A stretch of DNA of 64,000 nucleotides from the IMG/VR virus record IMGVR_UViG_3300036766_001722. One strand, written 5' to 3'. The notes beneath the pieces were generated by a model. That model worked only from the letters and a program-made list of their open reading frames with translations. It had not been told where the DNA came from and ran no database searches. This document shows positions 8,989 through 16,246 of the stretch, one piece after another (the first letter of the stretch is position 1; each line of letters begins with the position of its first letter). The DNA is from an uncultured virus (IMG/VR IMGVR_UViG_3300036766_001722). Its lineage: Duplodnaviria > Heunggongvirae > Uroviricota > Caudoviricetes. A program made the translations under genes and the position numbers.

Positions 8989-9266
8989 TTGGCCGATTCC
9001 TCTTGCCAGTTCTTCTTCATCTTCGCCTTGAGGCCCGGCAGCAGCTTGCCGAACACGAGATAGCCGAGGCCGAAACCGACCGCGACACCCACCGGCAGAA
9101 CGACCATCGGCGCGCGGTACCACTGCACCGGTGGCGGCTCCTGCCCGAGCGGCGGCACGCCGTAGAGCGGGTACGGCGCCATACCGGGCTGCGAACCGGC
9201 CACGCCCGATGCCTGAGCGGCTGCCTGCTCGAAGGCCTGGTCGGGCGCGTAATGAGACTGAGGCAT
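8985..9266 (-). CDS. Small putative virion membrane protein (PLGQ, TM, KKN)
   Basis: ATG 9266 preceded by AGGAAAGGA; TM VVLPVGVAVGFGLGYLVF. Confidence 0.75.
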   Translation of the reverse strand: MPQSHYAPDQAFEQAAAQASGVAGSQPGMAPYPLYGVPPLGQEPPPVQWYRAPMVVLPVGVAVGFGLGYLVFGKLLPGLKAKMKKNWQEESAK

Positions 9267-9285
9267 GACGATCCTTTCCTGACGA

Positions 9286-9642
9286 TCAGAAGTAGTTGCC
9301 GCCGACCATGCGCAGACGCTTCGCCGCCGAGCCCCATCCACCGAACGGCGGAAGCGTGCCGAGCCCCGACAACGTCTCGCGCATCGTCGTCACCGCATGC
9401 TGGCTCGGCGACGCCATACGCTGAGATGCGCTACGGGTCGCCACCATCTTCGGGCGCGCCGCGTCTTGCGCCATCATCTGCGCCACCGTCATCGAAGCCG
9501 CCTGGCTCGGCGGCCGAATCGCGGACGCGACACGAAGCCGCGCGAACCGATTCGCGGGATGCGCGTGACGCACGAGATGATGGAGCGCCGCCGCCGCGAC
9601 ATGCGGTGCTGCGCCGACTCCGTTATGTGCGTGATAGCTCAT
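9286..9642 (-). CDS. Small basic protein (MSYH, NGVGA, SGLGT, ends VGGNYF)
   Basis: TGATG overlap at 9640-9644; shares the family motifs but has no TM. Confidence 0.7.
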   Translation of the reverse strand: MSYHAHNGVGAAPHVAAAALHHLVRHAHPANRFARLRVASAIRPPSQAASMTVAQMMAQDAARPKMVATRSASQRMASPSQHAVTTMRETLSGLGTLPPFGGWGSAAKRLRMVGGNYF

Positions 9643-10127
9643 CAGAATTCGCTGACACAGCGGCCGTAATGCCGGTTGAAATGACTGCCGGGCGGGCACC
9701 CGTGGGAGTAATACTCCCGCGTGGCTGCGCTGTAGGGTTTTACGCGGGGGTCTACGCCGGGGTCTACCGCCGCGCGTCGCGTCCCCACCGGGAAGTAGTT
9801 ACCGCCGATGCCTGCGGCGCCGCCAGGCATCGGTGTCGGGCCACTGGGCGGCGACACCGTTACGCGAGCCGGAGCGGCCCGGCCACTGGCGACCAGTCCG
9901 TCGATCGCCCCGAGCACGTCGGCGACCTGTTCGACGCTCATGCCGGACATGAACAGCAGGTCGAGCCGACCCCCTCTGAGGACTCGATTCGCCGTCATCA
10001 TCGCGCCGGACGCGGCGATGCGTCCCGCAGGAGGCAGTACTCCAGCGCCTCCGCGTGCAGCCCAGTCACGCATCTGCATGTAGCGCCTGTAGGCCAGGTA
10101 CTTGATCGGGGTGTCCATCGACGGCAT
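9642..10127 (-). CDS. Hypothetical protein (GIGGNYF motif, C-terminal CPPG..C)
   Basis: TAATG overlap at 10125-10129 gives MPSMDTPIKYLAY... Confidence 0.7.
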   Translation of the reverse strand: MPSMDTPIKYLAYRRYMQMRDWAARGGAGVLPPAGRIAASGAMMTANRVLRGGRLDLLFMSGMSVEQVADVLGAIDGLVASGRAAPARVTVSPPSGPTPMPGGAAGIGGNYFPVGTRRAAVDPGVDPRVKPYSAATREYYSHGCPPGSHFNRHYGRCVSEF

Positions 10128-11533
10128 TACAGACCCACCTTCCTCGCGAACTTCTTCGCGTTCTTCTTGAGTGACTTCCGATTGCGCCAGAGCAGGAACG
10201 CTCCGAGGCCGACACCGCCAGCGATGAGCATGTTCTTGCCGGTGAACACTCCGTTTGCCGGGATCATGGCAGCGGGGACCGGCGCCGACGCGGTATCCTG
10301 CGCGACCTGTCCCATGCCCTGGACCGCGGTCGGCGATGCCTTGAGCGCGCTGATCTCCGTCGTGAGCGCGGCCTGGCTTGCCGCCACCGGCGCCACGATC
10401 TTCGTCGCCAGCTCCGTCACCGGCGTCTGCGGGGCCGCCGCCGCGAGGTTGCTGATCCGCCGGAGGCCTCCCTTGCCGCCGCGTCTCTGACGCGAGACGA
10501 GGTCGTCCATCGTCGCGTGCATCACGCAGTGAGCCATGACGTGGGCGATCGCCTTCTCGGGCGGATAGCCCATCGCGATCAGCTTCTGCGCCACGCGGCT
10601 GCACTTCTTCGACAAGCCCGGTCCGAGCGAGTCCATCGCGCGAGCGAGGAACTGGTCGCGCCACTGACGCTGCATCCCCTTGCTCTCCTTCACAAGAGCG
10701 TTGGCGATGTTCCACCCGAACGACTCGATCTTCGAGTTGCTCGGGGGCGGACGATACGCGTCGACGCGTGCCGAGAGCGCGACGCCGCCCGCGGACGGCT
10801 GCGTGACGCGCCATTCGTCCGCGGTCGTGTCCCACATCTCCGACTGCTGCACGCCCAGCTCGGCCTCGTCGGCGATGTACGCCGGGAGCGCGAACTGATG
10901 AGCGAAGATGCCGTCCTGGTTGCGCCAGGTGACGCCTTCCTCCTCGTCGTAGATGCCGTTGCCGATGACGTTCTGCGACGAGTCGTCGTACTCGTAGCTG
11001 TCACGGTCATAGACCGTGAGAGGATCGACGCCACGGTTCGACGTCTGCTGGTTCATCTGGGGGTTGCGCATCGGCCACGGCACCGGGGCCGTCACCTCCG
11101 GCTCGTAGAGCATCGTGTCCGTGGGCACCGACTTCACGGTGGTGGACTGGTCGCTGCCGAGGTTGACGTCGGTCTGCTGCTGAGAGAACGAACGATAGCC
11201 CTGGCCGCTGCCGGGCCCCCACGGGCTAGAACCGAAGTCGGTCTGCTCCATCCCTTCGCCGTCCTGCACAGCGAGGAGATCGAGCTGCGACATGTCGATG
11301 TCGGTAGCGGGGCCGGCTCCGTCGCCGGGACGCGACGGGGTGTCCTCCTGGATCTCGTCGTCAAGGATCGAAGAGCGACCCGGACCCTGGTAGTCCTCCA
11401 CGTCGAGGTTCGCGTTGCCACGCATCGTCGGGATGGCCATCGAGCCATCGCCGTCGAACAGCGTCGCCAGATCGGCGTCGTCCATCGAGGTATCCGTGTC
11501 CATGTCATCTCTTGCCATGTTGCGCCCCATCAC
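10127..11533 (-). CDS. Putative virion protein: acidic N-terminus, shared helical domain, GMGQ, C-terminal TM, KKN
   Basis: 468 aa; TM MLIAGGVGLGAFLLW followed by RNRKSLKKNAKK. Confidence 0.8.
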   Translation of the reverse strand: MMGRNMARDDMDTDTSMDDADLATLFDGDGSMAIPTMRGNANLDVEDYQGPGRSSILDDEIQEDTPSRPGDGAGPATDIDMSQLDLLAVQDGEGMEQTDFGSSPWGPGSGQGYRSFSQQQTDVNLGSDQSTTVKSVPTDTMLYEPEVTAPVPWPMRNPQMNQQTSNRGVDPLTVYDRDSYEYDDSSQNVIGNGIYDEEEGVTWRNQDGIFAHQFALPAYIADEAELGVQQSEMWDTTADEWRVTQPSAGGVALSARVDAYRPPPSNSKIESFGWNIANALVKESKGMQRQWRDQFLARAMDSLGPGLSKKCSRVAQKLIAMGYPPEKAIAHVMAHCVMHATMDDLVSRQRRGGKGGLRRISNLAAAAPQTPVTELATKIVAPVAASQAALTTEISALKASPTAVQGMGQVAQDTASAPVPAAMIPANGVFTGKNMLIAGGVGLGAFLLWRNRKSLKKNAKKFARKVGL

Positions 11534-12198
11534 GCGGTCGCCTTCGGCCGCTTCTTGATCGCCAAGTATCCCACGGCCAGGATCCCCGCGAGCACCGCAA
11601 ACGACACGCCGTACGTCACGAGCGGGCTCGCCGGTGGTGCCGAGGTTGCCGTCGTGTCAGGAGTCGGCGTCGTAGGCGGCGGCGTGAGCTGAGAACACTG
11701 TGCCACGCCCTGAGCAGCCGCGAATCCCGTCGTCGTCGCGCTGTGCGCGTCGGAGCCCTGCGTCTGGCCGACGAGGTCAGACACCGCGCTCGAGAGCGGC
11801 GTCGAGCAGATGAGCCCCTGGAACGACCTCGCTACGGCGTCCGCCGTGGCATCGCCGAGTCCCACCCCACCGAGGCCGCTGTTCGGCGACCACGCGATCG
11901 GACGCCCGTACTGCGCTGCGCGACCGATCTTCTGGATCTTGCGGATCGACGCATCGGCCAGCGACCGAGCGAGAGCTTCGTGGACCGCCGCGCTCGTCGT
12001 CATACCGCGTGCTCGAAGCGTGTCGGAGACCTTGGCCACCGTCGTGGGCAGCGCAGGATCGACCGCGCGCAAAGCTGAGCTGAGACGCTGCATCCGAACC
12101 GCTTCCGGCTGCCGACGCGTGGCCGCGAGGATCTCCGTCGCGGCGGCACGGTGGTGCGCCAGAATCGGGTCGCTATGCCTGCTGGTGGAACGGTTCAT
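11530..12198 (-). CDS. Putative virion membrane protein (shared helical domain, SGLGGVGLGD, C-terminal TM)
   Basis: 222 aa; TM LVTYGVSFAVLAGILAVGYLAI then KKRPK. Confidence 0.8.
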   Translation of the reverse strand: MNRSTSRHSDPILAHHRAAATEILAATRRQPEAVRMQRLSSALRAVDPALPTTVAKVSDTLRARGMTTSAAVHEALARSLADASIRKIQKIGRAAQYGRPIAWSPNSGLGGVGLGDATADAVARSFQGLICSTPLSSAVSDLVGQTQGSDAHSATTTGFAAAQGVAQCSQLTPPPTTPTPDTTATSAPPASPLVTYGVSFAVLAGILAVGYLAIKKRPKATA

Positions 12199-12201
12199 GT
12201 C

Positions 12202-12954
12202 TCAGATCTTCTTCACGACGACCACTCCGACGATCCCGAGCAGCAGCACGCCGCCGCCGATCATTGCGAGCTTGATCATCGTGCCCTGCTTGGCCGTGCC
12301 GGCGGCGATCGCGGCCTGCTGCGTCTGCGCGTTCGCCTGGGCAGCGGCAAGGTTCGCCGCGGTCTGCTGGTTCTGCGCGTCGATCTGCGCTTGCGTGTTC
12401 GCAGCCGCGTGCGCGCCGCAGAACGTGTTCGCTGCCGTGTTGATCGACCCTGTGGCGTCCGTCGTGGTCGTCTTCGTGGCCGCTCCGACGAGGCTGGTGA
12501 GCGCGCTGAGGCCGGCCATGACGCCGCACGAGATGTCCGTGCCGGTGTAGTCCGGCGCCGCCGCCTGACCGAGAGCAGAACCACCGACGGCGGCGACCAT
12601 CGCACGGATCTGCTCGATCGCCTTGTCGGCCAGCACGTTCGCGACCACGAGGCGCAGCGCGTTGAACGTGACCTGTGTGCCGCGAGCGCCGCTGGCGGCT
12701 AGCAGGCGGTACTGGTCGTTGAAGCGCTGCGCGAGACCGGACTGGATCTTGTTCGCCTCCGCACGGATGATGCGGAGCTGCCCCGCGGCCGATGTCGCAG
12801 TGCTCGCCTTGCGGATGATCTGCGACGCCATGAGGGACGCCGACGAGACCACGATGTCGCGACTCGCGAGCGAGCCGACCGAGACCGCCGTCGCGCCGAG
12901 ACCACCGACCGAAGTCTTCCGAGCGCCGAAGCGCGCCTTGGCCTTGTAGCTCAT
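12202..12954 (-). CDS. Putative virion membrane protein (MSYK, GGLGA, ALGQ, C-terminal TM)
   Basis: 250 aa; TM LAMIGGGVLLLGIVGVVVV then KK. Confidence 0.8.
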   Translation of the reverse strand: MSYKAKARFGARKTSVGGLGATAVSVGSLASRDIVVSSASLMASQIIRKASTATSAAGQLRIIRAEANKIQSGLAQRFNDQYRLLAASGARGTQVTFNALRLVVANVLADKAIEQIRAMVAAVGGSALGQAAAPDYTGTDISCGVMAGLSALTSLVGAATKTTTTDATGSINTAANTFCGAHAAANTQAQIDAQNQQTAANLAAAQANAQTQQAAIAAGTAKQGTMIKLAMIGGGVLLLGIVGVVVVKKI

Positions 12955-13307
12955 CGACGGCTCCTGCTGTAGGAACGCTTCCCGCGTCTCTTGTTCGACT
13001 TGATCGGCATCGGCTTGCCGAACCCCTGAGCGAATGCCACGGCAGGCGTTACGATTGGAAAGAGCCCGCCGAGCAGTCCCCAGCCGATGGCGGCGCCGAC
13101 CGACCCGTTGTGGCGACGGTACCCGTGAAACGCACTGAGTCCGACACTGGCCATGTCCAGCACGTAGAAAAGGATACGGAGTGGACCCGTCGACGGCCCC
13201 TGAACGACCTGAATCGTCGTCGGAGTCTGGACGGGCGCGGGCGGCGTCGCCTGGCCAAGGTGCTCGAAGCCGAGACCAGCGGTGCTGTAGTAGGGAGCGG
13301 CCATCAT
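12951..13307 (-). CDS. Small membrane protein (AGLGF, HLGQ, two hydrophobic helices, KSNKRR)
   Basis: ATGA overlap at 13304-13307 gives MMAAPYYSTAGLG... Confidence 0.75.
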   Translation of the reverse strand: MMAAPYYSTAGLGFEHLGQATPPAPVQTPTTIQVVQGPSTGPLRILFYVLDMASVGLSAFHGYRRHNGSVGAAIGWGLLGGLFPIVTPAVAFAQGFGKPMPIKSNKRRGKRSYSRSRR

Positions 13308-13897
13308 TCCACCTTGAAGATCTTGTAGACCTTCACGCGAGCGAGCATCGACGCCGTACGACGACCGGCGACAGGATCGAGAACCCACCACACCTTCGAC
13401 CGAGGATCTTGCGCGCGAGCGAACACATGCGTGTACACCGGCGGCTGCCCCCACATCGGCGTCTCGAACCCCACCGTGATGAAGTCGACCGGCGCGCCGA
13501 TCGTGAGACAGCTCGCGCCAATGGCAGTCGAGTACCCATCGCAGTCAAGAAGCAGGGAGCCACGAGCCGCGTCATCGAGCATCCGGTCGGTCGTCCCGAG
13601 CATCTCGACGTGCACCGGGTCACGCGTGTAGCGGCCTGCGTTACCCCACCACTTACCGATCGCGACGACCTCCGACGTGTAGTCCTTGGGACGCACGTTG
13701 TTGATGATCTGCTCGGCGTGACGACGCACGCGGATCGAGCGCTCGCCGTCGAGCGCCGTCCCGACCATCTGGATCGGGTTCCGCTGACGACGCGCGAGCT
13801 GAATCATCACCGCCACGGTGTGATCGACGCCGCGATACGGCTCGACGGAGCCGGTCGCCTGCGTGTAGCTCGGGGCGTAGCGCTGCTGGCGGAGCAT
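13304..13897 (-). CDS. Transglutaminase-like cysteine protease, candidate virion maturation protease
   Basis: Cys-His-Asp order typical of the transglutaminase-like fold: LDCDGYS, YTHVFA, WVLDPV, plus RYTRDP upstream. Start at 13897 (GGAGG upstream) or 13942. Confidence 0.75.
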   Translation of the reverse strand: MLRQQRYAPSYTQATGSVEPYRGVDHTVAVMIQLARRQRNPIQMVGTALDGERSIRVRRHAEQIINNVRPKDYTSEVVAIGKWWGNAGRYTRDPVHVEMLGTTDRMLDDAARGSLLLDCDGYSTAIGASCLTIGAPVDFITVGFETPMWGQPPVYTHVFARAQDPRSKVWWVLDPVAGRRTASMLARVKVYKIFKVE

Positions 13898-13967
13898 GTC
13901 TTTCGACCGCTCCTCCAAGCGCCCGACGAGAGCATCGCACACGGATACCTACACGTGCAAGGGCTCG

Positions 13968-15239
13968 TTCAGACGGATAGTGGGTCAGTCTAAGTGAATC
14001 GTTCGTCAGTCCGGTCGTCCAATCGCGTCACAGGTACCGTGGTCCGCACGTTCCGCTACCCACTGCACCCGACCAAGGCCCAGGAAGCCATCCTGGAGTC
14101 CTGGCTCAGGGCGTGCTGCGCGCTCTATAACGCCGCCCTCGAACACCGGCAGGGTGCCTGGCATTACGAGAAAGTGCAGCGACAGGCTGCTGAGGACCTC
14201 GGTGTCGAGCGCAGGCCTGGCAAGATGCCATCGCGATACGACCAGTTCGTAGAGCTGACGACTGTGCGCGCGTCCGATACTGTCATTGACAGTGTTCCGG
14301 TGACCGTGCTGCGTTCCGCGCTCGGTCGTCTCGACGAAGCGATGAAGTCGTTCTTCCGTCGCTGCAAGTCTCGTGAGAAGCCCGGCTACCCGCGCTTCCG
14401 TAGTCGTCACCGCTACGATTCGTTCGGCGTGGGCCGCGTGGCGATCGACATCGACGGCAAGCGTGGCGAGGTCCGCGTCCCGAAGCTCGGCCCGGTGCGC
14501 TTCAAGGCCTACCGTCCGCTGAAGGGCGCCGTCCGTGATGTGACGATCAAGCGCACGGCGAAGGGCTGGCAGGTCGCCATCGTGTGCGACCTGGGCGCCG
14601 CGCCCGAGAAGCAGGCGGCGGTGCGCAACCGGGTCGGCATCGACCTCGGCCTCACGTCGTTCGCCGCGCTCAGCGACGGCACGCTCGTCGAGAACCCCCG
14701 CCACTACCGCCGCGCCGAAGAGCGGCTAGTCACCGAGCAGCAGGTGTTGTCCCGCAAGAGGCGCGGTAGCAAATCGCGCCACAAGCAGCGCAACGTCGTC
14801 GCACGAGCGCACGAGCATGTCCGCAACCAGCGGCTGGACTTCCACCGGAAGCTCGCGGTGCTGCTGTTCGCGAGGTACGACCTCGTGGCGTACGAAGATC
14901 TGAACGTCCGCGGAATGGTCCGTGGGCGGATGGCGAAGTCGATTCACGATGCCGGGTGGGCGCAGTTCATCCGGTGCCTCCAAGCCAAAGCGGAAGAAGC
15001 TGGGCGATGGGCGGTGCCGGTAGATCCACGCGGTACGAGTCAACGATGCAGCGCATGCGGCTGCACGGTGAGCAAGGACTTGAGCGTCCGGGTTCACGCG
15101 TGCCCGTGTGGCTACGTCGAGGACCGTGACGTGAACGCGGCGAAGAATGTTCTGGCGCTCGGTAGGAGCGCGGTACCGATGCTCACGGCAAGCGTGAGCT
15201 AGGATCGGAGGGTCAGAGTGACCCACTGCCTTCAGACGG
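13968..15239 (+). mobile_element. TnpB-only (IS1341-like) element, antisense within the structural operon; ends approximate
   Basis: No tnpA seen; hairpin GGGTCA-gag-TGACCC at 15210-15224 after the ORF; TTCAGACGG at both 13968 and 15231. Confidence 0.6.
13994..15202 (+). CDS. tnpB: RNA-guided endonuclease TnpB (IS200/IS605 family), apparently intact
   Basis: N-terminal RTFRYPLHPT...LYNAAL; RuvC motifs GIDLG, YEDL, DRDVNAAKN; zinc ribbon CSACG...CPCG. Confidence 0.95.
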   Translation: MNRSSVRSSNRVTGTVVRTFRYPLHPTKAQEAILESWLRACCALYNAALEHRQGAWHYEKVQRQAAEDLGVERRPGKMPSRYDQFVELTTVRASDTVIDSVPVTVLRSALGRLDEAMKSFFRRCKSREKPGYPRFRSRHRYDSFGVGRVAIDIDGKRGEVRVPKLGPVRFKAYRPLKGAVRDVTIKRTAKGWQVAIVCDLGAAPEKQAAVRNRVGIDLGLTSFAALSDGTLVENPRHYRRAEERLVTEQQVLSRKRRGSKSRHKQRNVVARAHEHVRNQRLDFHRKLAVLLFARYDLVAYEDLNVRGMVRGRMAKSIHDAGWAQFIRCLQAKAEEAGRWAVPVDPRGTSQRCSACGCTVSKDLSVRVHACPCGYVEDRDVNAAKNVLALGRSAVPMLTASVS

Positions 15240-15549
15240 GCCGCTGGCGACGGACGAGCGCTCGGCCGTGCCGTGCGTAGATGCGCGGGGTGCCCCGACG
15301 CTCCTGTGCCGGACGGGCATCCGCAAACAGCTCGTACCGTACTCCCACGACGCGCTGCGCGGCCGTGCTGACGATCATGACGACGCGCTCGCCCTCTTTC
15401 ACGCCCAGCGCCAAGAGAGGGGCTGACGGCACCGCGTACGCGGTGCCATCGTGGAAGCGCACAGACGCCCGCGACCCTCGATATCCGAGCACGGTCACCG
15501 GGCGTCTCTGCTCGACGACTGGCGCAGGCGTGGCGACATAGCTACCCAC
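15232..15549 (-). CDS. Hypothetical protein
   Basis: 105 aa, collinear with the operon. Confidence 0.55.
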   Translation of the reverse strand: MGSYVATPAPVVEQRRPVTVLGYRGSRASVRFHDGTAYAVPSAPLLALGVKEGERVVMIVSTAAQRVVGVRYELFADARPAQERRGTPRIYARHGRALVRRQRPV

Positions 15550-15563
15550 GGCCGCAGCGTACC

Positions 15564-16235
15564 TCAGATCTCGTCGTCCGGCTTGGGCGGAGGCGTGACG
15601 ATCGGCTCGCCCGCGTCACGACGGTGCTGCTTCTCGAACGCGGCGAGCACCTGCCGAACCAGATCTTCCGGCACAGTGAACACGTCCTCGGGCTCGGCGC
15701 CAAAGAGCAGCACGCCACCGCTCGGCGCACGTGCGACCGTGCCGATCTTCGTGTAGCCGAGCGGCACGTCGCGGGCCGGCGGTCCCTTGCCGAACAGCGC
15801 GTCCAGTTCGGGCTTGCTGAACCCAGGCGGAGGCTGCGGTGCTGCCGCCGCGATACGCGACACCGAGAACGCGTCGATCAGTTGAGGCAGCACCGTGTCG
15901 ATGAGCTTGGCCAGTAGCTCCGGCGGAAGCAGCGGCTTGCGTGTCGGCGGCGGCAGCATCAGCGCGTCGAGCGCCCGAAGAACACGAAGTCGCATCGTCT
16001 CGGAGAGAGGATCGATCGCCGTCGCCGCGTCCGCGAACGCCTTGATCTGGTCTGTGCCGGCGACCTCCTGCTTTTCGGCCGCGACGAAGTCAGCCTCGAC
16101 CGCTGCATCGTAGGAGCTGAAGATCTCGTCCACCTCCTCGGCGGTCCACACCTTGTCGCCGGGCGCCTTTGAGGCGCGGATCTTGAGAATCGTCGCGATG
16201 ACCCTTTCGCGCTCTTCGTCTGCCGTCGTGCCCAT
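15564..16235 (-). CDS. Hypothetical protein
   Basis: 223 aa; GAGGAGGG upstream of the ATG. Confidence 0.75.
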   Translation of the reverse strand: MGTTADEERERVIATILKIRASKAPGDKVWTAEEVDEIFSSYDAAVEADFVAAEKQEVAGTDQIKAFADAATAIDPLSETMRLRVLRALDALMLPPPTRKPLLPPELLAKLIDTVLPQLIDAFSVSRIAAAAPQPPPGFSKPELDALFGKGPPARDVPLGYTKIGTVARAPSGGVLLFGAEPEDVFTVPEDLVRQVLAAFEKQHRRDAGEPIVTPPPKPDDEI

Positions 16236-16246
16236 GATGTCCCTCC

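Noticed and set aside
1..13307. Known C-terminal sorting signals (LPXTG, PEP-CTERM, GlyGly-CTERM, MYXO-CTERM) or type IV pilin leaders
   Set aside because: No signal peptides or signature residues next to the TM, no sortase-type enzyme, and the LG motif is followed by polar linkers rather than a pilin helix.
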